Source: Cenococcum geophilum
Taxonomy: Eukaryota
Assembly: GCA_050273025.1 (NCBI GenBank)
Contig: CP158635.1
Location: 31,186,001-31,250,000, forward strand
Reading direction: 5' to 3'
Length of the DNA: 64,000 bases
Below, piece by piece: positions 27,101 to 40,076 of this stretch. Every line of letters starts with the position of its first letter. The stretch's first letter is position 1. The position numbers were made by a program, and so were the translations under genes. Under the pieces are notes generated by a model. The model was not told the origin of the DNA. It did no database searches and saw only the letters and a list, made by a program, of their open reading frames with translations.

Positions 27101-30100
27101 GATAAGGAGGGAGGGGGAGAGGGAGAGGTAGTAGAAGAAGGAGCAAAAGTAGAAGAAGAGAGGCCCTTCTTTAGCTTCTCTGCGTAGGTTTGCGTTTTTA
27201 GGGCTACCTCCTTACGGAGAGCTCTTACTTCTTTTACTAGTCCTTTTAGGACATCTCTTTCTTTTCTTTCCTTTTCTTTTATAAAGGGATTTTCTCCTCC
27301 TAAGACACTCTGTACGTAGTCCCCTAGTAATTTAACTTGCTCTTTTTCTTCTTCTTCTTCTTTTAGCCCTATATAGGCCTGGTTTAGGTTATATAGAGCC
27401 ATTTATAGGTGCTGTTTTAGAGAAGAGGTAGAGGAAGGTATACTAGCCGAAATAGGCTTAGGTATTAGTAGCCTTATTCTTTAGTTTTAGTTCTCTTTTC
27501 TATTTTCAGAAGAAGATTGCCTTCTTTTCCTTCTATTCTCTTTCTCTACGTCCTCCCTAGATGGGCAGGGAGAAGGCGGGAGAGAAGAGGAAAAGAAGGT
27601 AGGTAAGGTAGGTAAGGTAAGTAAGGCAGCTAAGAGTTCGTCCTCGCTTGTCTTTATAGTGTCTTTACCTCTAGAAGGCTTAGTAGCCTAAGGTTCTCCT
27701 GTCCCAAATAGGCTAAAGTAAAAGGGGAAAGGGAAAGTGAATTCGTTATCCCTTGTCTCTGTATTATTATCTTTAGAAGGCTTTTTAGGCTTAGTAGCCT
27801 AAGGATTCTTTAACATTTTATAGGGGGGGTTTCCTAGTTTTTTCAGTAGATAATAACCTCCTTAGGTCTCTTATCTCCTAGTCCCAGAGGTAAAAAACGA
27901 GGCAAAATGCCTTGCTAGTTTTTACTATCTTTTTTTACCTTTTCTCCTTACTAATCCTACTAGAGGATTTCTAGGGAGACTAGGCTAGAAGGTAGTAGAA
28001 AAACTAGCTAAAAAAGACTAGCGTAGTTATTTTCTTTTCCTTTTAGAAGTAGAAAAAACTACTAAAAAAAAAGGACTTGTTAGGCTTTTGCTAGCAGAAA
28101 AGCCCTAAAGGCAATCCTCCTCTTACTAAGGAAAGTCTGACTAAAAGAGATATAGAAAAGTACCTACACCCCCTATTTTATTAGGCTTTTACTTTCTATA
28201 GAAGAAAAACCTAGGAAAAGTCTATATTTTGTAGTTTTGGTATTAGTAGTAATAGTAGTAGTAGTAGTTTTGGTGTTCTTGTCCGTGCTTCGCTTATACA
28301 CTAGGACTCCTTTTACTAAGGCCTCTATCGCAGAATAAAGGGGGTAATGAGGGAAACAAGTCTACCTCTAGCTCGCTAGGTAGGCAGAATTAGGTCTTAG
28401 AAGTTAGGAAAACAATAGTTTTTGATAGTAAGATGGGTATGCGTAAGTTTAGAAGTGCGGCGCCACCTTTTGGTAAGGTTGCATATGCGGTTGCGTAGTT
28501 CTTTACGTATATATATTTCCTTAGCACGCTTATAACCGTAGCAGGCGCCTATAAAGCGTTTAACTAAGTTTATTATTTTTGGCTAGAAGTAGTATTGGCT
28601 AAGAAGCTTATAGGTTCCTCTTCTACCTAGGTGGCCGCTTAATTAGAGGTCGTAGGCTATTTGGATTAGTTGCCGTTATAGATTTTCCAAGTTAGGGATA
28701 AATAGGTAACCTCTATAATAGAGCCTGTTTTCTTTTACTTCTAAGGCTACTATATTAATCTAGCCTAAGCTTTAGAGGTTAGTAGGTAACGTATAGGCGC
28801 TAGTAGTCTTTGTAGTAATAAGTTAATATAGTAATAGGTTAACAGAGGTATTATATACCATAGTAATAAGCTTATTAATTTTAGGAGGTAACTCTAGTTC
28901 TGTAGTATAAAGCTAAGGTATAGTTAGCTCTATTATAGGTAGTATACCTAGGGCTAAATTTCGTGCTTTTAGGATCGTTTATTATTGGAACTAATTATAG
29001 AGGTTATTTTTAAACTAAGGAAGGTCTTATAAGCGGCGTATTAGGCTATTAGGTTTAGTACCTTATACTCCTAGTCTATATACAATTTTAAAGTTAAAAC
29101 TAAAGAGGAACTCGTTCTAATATACTCAGCGTTAGTTTAGCTGCTTTATAGTTATAAAGTACTTAAGGTTACAATGGTCTGTAAGGACTTTAGTTAGCTA
29201 GTTAGGCTCTACTAAGAAGAGTTCTAGTTAGAATTCTTTAAACGCTTATATAATTATAAGGAGTTCTTTATTATAGATCTTATAGTTATACTCTTATAGT
29301 ATAAGCTTAGACGAGTAGAATGCGACTAGGTAAAGGAGACCGTTATTACCTATCTAGAAAAGGACGCCTGCGTTAACGTGGTTTAAGGAGTTGGTTTTAA
29401 GATAAAGTTATTATTCTAGTATAAAGTAAGCTAGGATAAGTGCTTTGGTAAAGGCATTTTTAAGGTCTTAGAACGCCTTCTCGCATTTAGGCGTCTAGGT
29501 AAAGCATAGGTGCGTTTTTCTTCCTTTTACAGAAAGGCCCTTTGTTTATATTATTACTATAAGTAGTATTACTACGCCTAAAAAGTTATATATAAATTTC
29601 TAATAGAAGTTAGCGAAACTAAGGAAGGCTTATACGTCCTTAATGTAGTTAGGGGCTTGCTATTTAGTAATTATACGTACTTTCTTGGGGTCTATACGGA
29701 TACCCTTAGTAGTAATAATTAGTTTAAAGTATTTTACTTCTATAACTAAGAATTTACATTTCTTTAAATTAATATAAAGTCCTACGTCCCTAAGGCGCTA
29801 TAGGACCTTTTAAACGTATTTAGTATACTTAAAAGGGTTATTGCTATAAATAAGTATATTATCTAGGTACGCAGAGTAGAAGTCATTAAGGTAGTTTTAT
29901 AAGGCGTTATTAATATAGCTTTAGAAAGTACCTGGGCTATTATATACGCTAAAGGGTATAATGGTATATTTAAATTAGCAAAAGCGCGATGCGAATACGG
30001 TTTTCTATTTATTGCCTTTCCGTATTTAGAGATAGTTAAAGGCGGCGATAATATCGAGCTTAGTATAGATTTTAGCTTGGCTAAGCCGCTTAAGGGTCTC

Positions 30101-33100
30101 CTATATAAGCGGTATTAGGTATTAGTTTTTAATCGTAATAGCATTAAGTCCTTTATAGTTAACGTAGAATCGGATACCTCCTCCTAGCTTCTTAGTAAGA
30201 AGGATAGGGGCGGCTGCTAGTAATATACTAGGACGAATAAACCCTTTATTAAGGTGCTTGTCGATATACTTTCTTATAACTAAAAGTTCGTCTTTTAATA
30301 TTAGGTAGGGTCTCCTATAAGGTAGCATTTTTCCTTATTTAATATTAATGGTATAGTTATTAGGTTAATATAGGGGGAGTATATCTGCGCCCTTTTATAA
30401 GCATATATTAATAAAGTCGTAGTACTTTTTAGGGAGGAGCTTACGGAGTTCTTTATTAGTAAGTCCTTTTTTAAGTTTTATAAACTTCTTAAAGTTTAAA
30501 GGTAAAAGTACGTAGAGTTCCGCAGGGGTATTATCTTCTAAAAGGTTAACTATATCTATCCTGTTACTATAGAGGACGTAGTTTTATTCTTTATTAAGCT
30601 TATATAGTTATAATTAGGAAGCTATAGTAATGGTTCAGCCTTTCCTATATGCTATATAGTAGAAGGCCGCGGCACTTACGTAGTAGCAGTTAATTATCGG
30701 TAGGGTAATAAGGGGTTTTTTAGGTTAATATCCTAATAAGTAAATAGAGGCGGCTAGGCTATGTCCAAGGCAAGTCTCTCTACAGTATTTAGAGTTAAAG
30801 GTTGCTTTTCTCTTTTCCTAGTTAATGGCGGGATTATATTATTTAAGCTAGCTTATTTTAAGGATAATAGGGTAGTTAGTAAGTAGTATAATATAGGCCT
30901 AGAGCTCTTCCTAGTGCTCGTTTATATCTAAGTAGAGTTATACTACGTAGGTAATCTTCTATACGGTATAACTACTGTTAATAAGTTATAGGGCGCGGGC
31001 TTTAGTAAGGGGTAAGGTAGGCAGGTTATAAGTACGCATAAGTTAAATATCTATAAATTAGTTAGTAGCTCCGCAGTTAATTATAGAACGGCTTTTATAT
31101 TATTTTATAGCAGTAGTTCCTATTATAGGTAAAACTATCTATTTCCGTCCGTTTATCTTTACTAAGTTATTTATTAAGTAGGCTAATATATAAATCCCTC
31201 TATTATTAGGGCGTCCTAACCCACGACTTAAGGCTAGAACTTAGCGTTTTCCATTTCCGTATCCAATTCTACTGCTATTACTACGTCTTTATCTTATATA
31301 GTAGTAGTATATAGCGACGTATTTAGTGTTTAGGGCATTAGGTTAGGTATTAGGCGGTAGGTACTAAACCTAGCTATTAGGTAGTTTAGGTTATCGCAAT
31401 AACAGTCTTCTTAATAGTATTTATAGTAGCGTCCTAGTTTCTAAAGTAGCTCACGCTCTCTATCTAGGAGTTTTTGCGGAAAGGTTAGTATAGAGAGGTT
31501 AATATTAGCTCTAGTGGTACTTAAGGTAGTAGGCGTCGGTGGCTTAGTATATATAGGTTTAGTAGGCCCGGAGGGCTTCTATAAAGAGGTCTTTAAGTAA
31601 GGGTTAGCAGTAGCAATCTAATTTAGTTATTGTTTAATCTTTTATAGGGCTGCTACCATCTTATAAACATCGTTATAGTTATGGCTAGCGGCTGCGTAAC
31701 TAAGGCAATAAGTAACTTTTTTAAAGAGATCCTCCTGGTCTTTAGTATTGTCTTAGGTAAGGGCTCTAGTATATTCCTAGAATTTAATATAGAACTTATT
31801 AAATAATTTAGTAGGGCTTATCTTTAGGGCACGTAGTTTAGCTCAGTTAGTGGCTAGTAGGTTATAGTTATAGTATATTAGGTCTAGATTATTAAGGACT
31901 TCTTAGTAAAACTACCACTTCTAGGGGCCGCTAGTCTCCTATTAGGCGAAGAGTCTATTAAATAGTGTACCCTTTATTCGCCTAATAATGTAGCTAGTCT
32001 TAGTGTCTTTTATAGGAAAAAGGTAGGCGCTCTAAGTTAGTTTCTCGCGGATTTATATCTTCTAGTAGCTATATTCCTTACGGTCTCCTTAAAAGACTAG
32101 GGAATTAGAGTAGCGTATATTAGACCTTACGGTAGCAGTTTAGGTCCGATTATTATAGCTTTTATTATCGTTGCTTTAGTAGGGGTTCCTATTAGGTAAA
32201 GCTACTTAGCGCTAACCCTCTATTAAGCGTTAAGTAGGTAAAGTTACTAAGGGCGTAAAGACTTAGGTAGCGTTATATATAGTAAAGAGGTATCTAGCGT
32301 TATTATAAATATACTTATTAAGCTAAGATTATAGGTATTTAATTGTGCCTTCTTTTTTAGTAATTGTAGCAATTAGTATAATCTCCTTCTTCTTTAACTG
32401 TTAAATGTCGCGTTTAAACATACGGAGGTCGTCTTTAGTTTCTTAGCATATATTATTAGCGAGCGCCTTACAAGCTTATAGGTCTTAGATAATATCGCGA
32501 TCTTAGGCAGTACGCATCTTAGCTTGTGTAAGCTTTAGGTAGTAGTTCTATAGAAGGCGGTAGTATTTATTAGGGTCTTATGCTACCATTTTTACAAACA
32601 TCTTAGCGTCTTGTATTTTAATTTTAATAGGTAGTAGCCCTTCTATTTACTTGTCCGTAGTTATATAGTTAATAAAAGATAAGACATTATTAGTGTCTAT
32701 CTCCTTAGGGGTTAAGGCTAGGGGTAATAAATTAAATTCTCCTAGGATTAATTAGCGTTGTAGGTTAAGTATAGGTATTAGATTATTCTTTAGGTTTAAT
32801 ATAGTAGCTAGTAAGAAATATCGTCTTACTATTATAGGTTCCTTAAAAGTATAAAGTAAGGTAATTCGTAGACACGCTACTTTTAGTAGCGCCTACAGTA
32901 TTACAAAGACGTAGAATTAGTCGTAGGCTAAGCGTCGGTGGTGAAAAGGCGCAACGTATTATTATGGAACGTGGGCAGTAGCTATAGAGCGTATGTATTT
33001 AAGGAGTCTACAAGATATCACGCGATCAATCGTAAGGGTCAAGGGCGTAAGGAGGTAATATACCTACGCGTAGCTGACATAAGCTATACGCGAGGTATAT

Positions 33101-35204
33101 GTAAGAGCACGGGGCTCTCCTATGGAGGCCCCTATGGTGGGGTCCCGTGATATAAACTTAGCGGATAGGAAAGCGGGCTTATAGATGGGGAACTAGTGGG
33201 ATAAAAGCTACCCTATTAATACCGGAAATTTAAGGACGTATTCTCTAAAGTAGTGTCTAATATACTTCTACCTTACTAACTATATAACTATAAGATTAAG
33301 ATTAAGTAGGGTAAGGAAAATACCCTTAGCTTTAGCCCCCTTTATAAGCAGTCTATTACTAAATTATAGGCTATAAAGTAGTATTTTATTAATAACCTAA
33401 ATAAGGGCTTTATTAAGCCTAGCTAAGCCCCTTTCGCCTCGTCTATTTTTTTTATTAAAAAGCTAAATAGAGGACTTCGCTTTTGTATTAATTACTATAA
33501 GCTAAATAATATAACCCGTAAGGACCGCTATCCGCTACCCCTACTTAATAAGACTTTAGCCTAAATAAGTAAAGCTAAGGTCTTTATAAAGCTTAATATC
33601 CGCTAGGCCTTTTACTAAATTAGGATAGACCCTAGGTCTAAAAATCTTACTATATTTTAAACCTGTTACGGAATGTATAAATATAAAGTACTTCTTTTTA
33701 GACCAACTAACGGACTAGCTACGTACTAGCGGTATATAAACAATGTACTCTTTAACTACCTTAACAACTTCTATACGGCCTATTTAGATAATATTATAAT
33801 TTACTTTAAGAACAAGCTAGAATATAAGGAGTATGTCTATAAAGTCCTATAACAGCTCTGTAAGGCTAGCCTTTAGGTTAATATTAAGAAGTTAGAGTTT
33901 AGTGTTAAACGTATAAAGTACCTAGGTTTTATTATTAGTATAAACGGAATTAAAACTAACCTAGAGAAGACGGCTGTAATTAACTAGTGAGCATCCTTAC
34001 GGACCGTAAAGGGGGTATAATTATTTTTAGGGGTTTATAACTTCTACTAACGCTTTATTAAGAACTACAGTAGAATCGCCTAGCCTTTTAACCGTCTTAC
34101 TAAAAAAGACTAGCCCTTTTACTTTAACGCTATATATAGGTAGGCCTTTAATAAGCTTAAGAAACGGCTAGTATCGGCTCCCTTACCCGCCCATTTTAAC
34201 CCAGAACGGCCCTTAATACTAAAAACTAATACCTTAAACGGCGTAATAGCTAGTATTTTTTCCTAGAAGCAACTGGACAGAGAGTAGTACCCTATTATAT
34301 ACTATTTAAAGACTATAATAGATGCTAAGCTAAACTACTATATCCATAATAAAGAAATGCTAGCTATTATCTCTAGCTTTTAGCACTAGCGTATATAGCT
34401 AAAGGGGACCCCTAAGCTAATTAAGGTAGTTTTAGACAATAAAGCCCTTAAATATTTTATAATAACTAAGGCCCTTATAGCCCGGTAGGCACGCTAAGTA
34501 AATACCCTATCTTAGTTTAACTTTTTAATTATATATAAACTAGGCGCTATAAACTGTACGGACGCTCTTATAAGGCGTAAGTAAGACCTAAATAATTAGA
34601 CGGCTGTAAAGATCTGATTACGGACCTAAATACTACTATAACTAAAATACCTTAACCCTTAGATATAGGCAGAACTAAGTACGGACTCTTTAGGCGCTAA
34701 GATATATCCTATTAACTTCTTTAAACTTAACCTTATTAATAAACTACTATAGGCCAACCGGACGGCCCCCTCTTTATAGAAGTACCGTAAAAAGGCAAAA
34801 AACGTTACTAGCCTATAGTCCCTTAAAAACGGACTACTTAAGTACTAGAAACGGCTAGTAGTAGCTAAGGAATAGAACTTACGGACCTAGCTTATTGCCA
34901 AAGCTTATGCCTAGGTCTCTATAGCTTACTTTAGAAAAAATAAGACCCGTAAAATTATTAGTGACCGCTACTACTAGCCCGGAATAGTTATAAATATTAA
35001 CCGTTATATACGGAATTGCGACAGCTACTATAGATCTACAATCCTATAAGATAAAACCCTAGGACTATTAAAACCACTTCTAATACTAGAACGCCCCTAG
35101 TAATATATCTCTATAGACTTTTATAAGCTACCTATAGACCATAACGAATATAATATAGTTATAATTTTAGTTAACCGCTTTAGTAAGCGCCTGTTCTTAA
35201 TCCT

Positions 35205-36610
35205 TTTTTTTTTTTTTTTATATATCCGATTGTATTATACTACGTACAATACTGCGCATGCAGCCTCTGGGCTATGGCGCTATAGTTCTATATACATGAA
35301 TCCTTTCTAGGCAGCTTAACATGTACTAGTAGCTAAGTGGACACTCTGGCCCGTTTTAAATACTAGGGGGAGCTCCTAGCGAATTGGTGTCTTGTCCTAG
35401 TATTTTGCTCACTACTGTCTAGTTTATACCAAAATCGCACTAAAGAAATCCTGGCTCTTTTATCTATTTCTGCCGTATTCTGCCGTTTCTAGAGTAGAAA
35501 AAGCGCTCTAAAAGATAGATTTTTTTTTCTATAGTTTTGCACATAAGAATAAGAGAAACAATATAGCTTACTAGCTTGAAAGTAGCTACCAATTACCCCT
35601 AAGCGACTTTTTATTCTGTACCTATTTTCCCCTTCTTGCTAAAGAAATAGGTAGGGAATTAGTAATTAATAGCTACTCTCCCCAAAAGTAGGCTATTAAT
35701 GGTATTTTATAAGGGCGAACCTCGTTACATAAACCCACTCCCATAGGAAAATTTTCACGAGGTTGTCTGTATAGGGTATAAACACCAATTCGCCTATATA
35801 CCTTATATTTAACGTGCTAATGGTAACACGGGCCGGTCCCCTTCCCCTATCCCCTACTATAGCTACCCTAGCAGTGCATCGTCTACGGTACGCCTACGGT
35901 ACGCCTACGGTACGCCTGCGGTCCTCTGTAGTTTGATTGCCTATAGCGCGACAGCCGTAGACCGGTTGCAGTAGAGGTCGTCTACAGTATAACGGCTGTA
36001 GACAGGTTGTAGAGGAGGTCGTCCGCTCTGCAGCAGACAGGTTGTAGAGGAGGTCGTCCGCTCTGCAGCAGACAGGTTGTAGAGGAGGTCGTCCGCTCTG
36101 CAGCAGACAGGTTGTAGAGGAGGTCGTCTGCTCTGCAGCAGACAGGTTGTAGAGGAGGTCGTCTGCCCTGCAGCAGACAGGTTGTAGAGGAGGTCGTCTG
36201 CCCTGCAGCAGACAGGTTGTAGAGGAGGTCGTCTGCCCTGCGGCAGACTGGTTGTAGAAGAGGTCGTCTGCCCTGCGGCAGACTGGTTGTAGAAGAGGTC
36301 GTCTGCCCTGCGACAGACTGGTTGTAGAAGAGGTCGTCTGCCCTACGGCAGACTGGTTGTAGAAGAGGTCGTCTGCCCTACGGCAGACTGGTTGAGAAGA
36401 GGTCGTCTGCCCTGCGGCAGACTGGTTGTAGAAGAGGTCGTCTGCCCTACGGCAGACTGGTTGTAGAGGAGGTCGTCTGCTCTGTGGCAGACTAGTTGTG
36501 GTGGAATCGTTGGTTGTGGTAGCTAGCGTCGTGGTGACGTGTCTTTAGGTGGTATACAACCGGCGGCGCCCTTGCGGCGACGGACGGAGGAGCAAAGGGG
36601 AGGCGACGGA
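35205..36610 (-). mobile_element. LINE-derived non-autonomous retroposon F (SINE-like)
   Basis: Poly-T tail at 35205; 14-bp TSD CTGTTCTTAATCCT (35191-35204, 36611-36624); the terminal ~120 bp match the LINE C 3' end. Confidence 0.9.
35960..36500. repeat. 35-bp minisatellite, about 15 copies, inside F
   Basis: Unit GACAGGTTGTAGAGGAGGTCGTCYGCYCTGCRGCA, head-to-tail with no spacers. Confidence 0.95.
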
Positions 36611-39600
36611 CTGTTCTTAATCCTATATTATAGGAATATTAATGCTAAAGAAGCGGCCTAATTATATATCTACTATATCTACTAAATCTACGGACTACTA
36701 AATACTACTATATCTAATTACAGGCCGTAATTTATATCGGCTTTTTAGAATAAGTTTACCTGGATCTTAGGTATTAAGCTAAAGCTTTTTACCATATACT
36801 ACCCCCAGACAGATAGTTAGACAAAAATTGTAAATTAATACTTAGATTAGAGACTTTAGCCCTTTATTAACTACTTCTAAAATAACTAGGCTAAACTATT
36901 ACCCCTAATAGACTATGCCTAAGCAACCCTACCCTATAACTCTATAGGATTTGCCCCAATTTAACTAGAAATAGATTACTTACCCCATATAAGCTTTAAC
37001 TAGAAAAAACTAGAAGGACCCCGGACCGTATATAAAAAACTATCTTATAAGGAAGCACGGCAGTACACTAAGCGCTTAAAAGAAGCCTAGATGGTAGCCT
37101 ATACGAATCTAAAAAAGGCCTAAAAATTAATGCAATAATAGGCGAATAAGTATAGGCGAGAGCCTAACTTTACCGTAGGAGATATATTCTAGGTTATAAT
37201 AAAGAACTAAAAAATAGAACGACCTAGCCGTAAGCTAGACTATTAGATAGCAGGACCGTATAAGGTTCTTAAGAAGATAGGTAACGCATATAAGGTAAAG
37301 CTCCTAAATTTAATTAAAGTTTACCCTATTTTCTCTCCGGATAAACTACGAAAAGCTATAAATAACCTATTACCTAGATAAAAGAATAAACCTCCCCTAC
37401 TAATTTAAGTTAATGGCGATAATAAATAGGAAATTAAAGAAATACTAGCCTATAAACTTATAAGGGGAATGTTAAAATATTATATAAATTGGAAGGGGTA
37501 CAACCTAGACCCTACTTAGTACCCTATATAGAACTTTATAGGTAGTCCCTATAAGCTTTAAAAGTTCTATAGTTATTACCCAAATAAACCCAGACCCCTA
37601 AAGTACCTTAATAAATAGATAAAGTGCTATAATAGCGAAGATAATAAGCTGCCTATTAAGTATAAAGATAAGAATACCCTATGGATATAATACGGACGTA
37701 TAAAGCCTAAAGGCAGGCTTTTTTAGAGGGGGGGGGTAATATTACGGCGCTGGTGGAAACTAGTAGATTGTAGCTAATAGATATTAGTGGATATTGGTAG
37801 ATTATGGCGGATAGTCGCAGATAGTTATAGACAGTTTTATACAGTTCTAGACAGTTACCGTTACGTAACTAGAGGATTATATATAACGCCAAGCGGCGCC
37901 GCCCTTTATCTTATAAATTAGACCCCTAAAAAGAAATTACGCTACAACGTAGAAGGACTAGCGCTACGCTTATAGACCTTACCCTAGTCCTATAGACTCC
38001 TAGACTAATTAGATCGCACTAAGAAGAATTTCTCCTTAAGGGTCTAAGAGCTTATAGGCGCCCTTTATATAAGAACCCAATATTTTTTATTAGGCGATAA
38101 CTCTTTCACTATAACACGTATCTTAACCCTTTTATAACGTCTAGTTATTATAAAAATACTATAAGATAGGAGCTCTTTAATTTCTCTATCTATTGCATTA
38201 AATAATAACGTCGTAGCTATATTATAGTTGGTTGCGTTAATCGCATTTTATTAGTCGCATTTTCTTATTAGTTACATTTTCTCGTCGCAATTTTGCCTTA
38301 CTGCTATACCTTATATACTTCTCTATGTTTAATTATCTCTAAAATAATACAAGCCAAAAGCTCCTTTTCTTCTCTATCGCCTCTAGCAATATTGTAGCTC
38401 TATTTTACTATTACGGCACTAGCAGAAAGCGGCAGTTATGGTAGACGCTATAGTAAACGCAGAGCTTACGTGACTCTTACATGACTAGGGATTGTATATA
38501 ACTCCTCGCGTTGCTACTTATCTTTTCCTTTCCTCTTCTTTAGCTTTAGATTCTCGTTTATAGACAATCTAATCATATAGGCTTACGCGTTCTTTTACTA
38601 TACCTATACCTTAATTAACTAAGTCGCTAATATTATCTAAAGCTCCCTCTACTCTTTTTTCCTAAGAAGGAACTTAAATATATCTATAAGACTATAAATA
38701 GAATAAGAGCATAGAATAGGACCCTAAGGACAAGAATAGGACTATAAGGACAAGACCTAAAAGAAAAGAATAGAACCCTAAGGAAAGGACCTACAAGATA
38801 TACACAGACCAGAACCCCTAAAGAAATTACTTAGAATTACCTAATACCCTTACCACTATGCCACGAAATATAGTAGTAGGTAAAGTAGCTACAGGACCCT
38901 TAAATACTTTAGATAAAGAAACAATTAACGTTTTAACCCCCTAGGCGGAGCTTACGGCTACTAATACTAAAATTAAATAACTATAAGAGCTGCTTAAAGC
39001 TAGAGATACCCCTATATTTAATAATAAGTCATTATTAAACAACTAAAGACTTACTATAGTCCTTTAGGCCCTATCTTAGCGCCTTAGTAGATCTATTAAG
39101 GCCTATATAGCACCGAAGTGGTCGGTAAAGGTTATAGATCTCCCGCTACTTATAAACAAAACTAACCCTATATTTAATAATTAGAAGCTTTAATTACGGG
39201 ATAAGCTTAAAGTTAATATAGACTACTTCCCTAACGCCTAAGCCAGAATAGCCTATGTCTTTAGCTGTACTAGCGAAGATACCTAGAGGTATTTACGCCT
39301 ATAATACACTAAAGACTTAATAAACCCCTTTATCTCTAAAGAAGAAATAATTAAATACTTATCTTCTATTTATAAAGACCCTTTTAAAGTATAGAACGCC
39401 CGCCTTAGCTATAAAAGCCTAAATATAAAAATAACAGAGACCTTTTTAGCCTTTTAAACCCGCTTTTTATACCTAGCTGGATAGGCCTAGATCCCCTAGG
39501 AAGACCTACTACTAGACCTCTTTAATAAGCTTACCCTAGACCTATAGCGGGCCATATTACTAGCTTATACTACGGTATAGACGTTAAAGAAACTTATAGA

Positions 39601-40076
39601 CTATTACCTAGCTATTAACTAAGGCCTCTATTAAATTAAGGCACGCGCTAATTAGCTAAAAACTAGAAACCTTATAAACTAGGCCATAAGTACTATAAGT
39701 ATGGCCTATAGTGCCCTAGCATAATTAGTAACTCCTATAGTTAATCTAACAGCTAGCTGCGTACCTACTCCTATTATAGGCCTAGTATACACCTAGCCTA
39801 TATATAGCGACCCCTATATATAGGCCCTTAGTAATTAAAAAGCTTGCTTTTTATGCGGTTAAATAGGCTACCTTATAAGGAACTGCCTAATAAAGGCAAA
39901 GATAAATAAGGTTCTATTAATTTAGGAGGATAGTATAGAGCTAAAAAAAGAGGAACCCTAGAGGAAGACTCCTCTCTAGGGTTAAAAGAGATTAATATAT
40001 TATATATTAATCTAAGTTAGCTAATTAGTAAAAGAAGCTACACTATTCCTTATACTTTATTCCGCAATAAATATTA

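Larger units (their letters stand above)
14341..28518 (-). mobile_element. Full-length LINE C (Tad1-like, with RNase H), RIPed, interrupted by Gypsy D
   Basis: Poly-T at 14341 (poly-A tail); 13-bp TSD CCTTAGCACGCTT (14328-14340, 28519-28531). ORF1 with Cys/His knuckles ~26330-26500, AP endonuclease ~25500-26170, RT motif SYMDDF ~24016-24033, RNase H ~15150-15560. Confidence 0.95.
12612..33152 (-). mobile_element. Gypsy/chromovirus LTR retrotransposon B (RIPed), nested in A and interrupted by LINE C
   Basis: 193-bp LTRs 12612-12804 and 32960-33152; TSD TAAAC; reverse PPT at 12805+. Minus-strand gag, protease, RT (AYLD ~29860), RNase H, integrase and chromodomain relics. Confidence 0.95.
10079..37911 (+). 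mobile_element. Gypsy/chromovirus LTR retrotransposon A (RIPed), interrupted by B and F; 3' LTR truncated
   Basis: 5' LTR 10079-10355 matches 37740-37911 after a G-rich PPT. gag from ~10553, protease ~11700-12060, RT AYLD(D)I ~33778, RNase H, integrase, chromodomain ~37420-37570. Confidence 0.92.

Noticed and set aside
35960..36500. 35-bp repeats resembling a CRISPR array
   Set aside because: The units are contiguous with no unique spacers, there are no cas genes, and the context is a eukaryotic retroposon.
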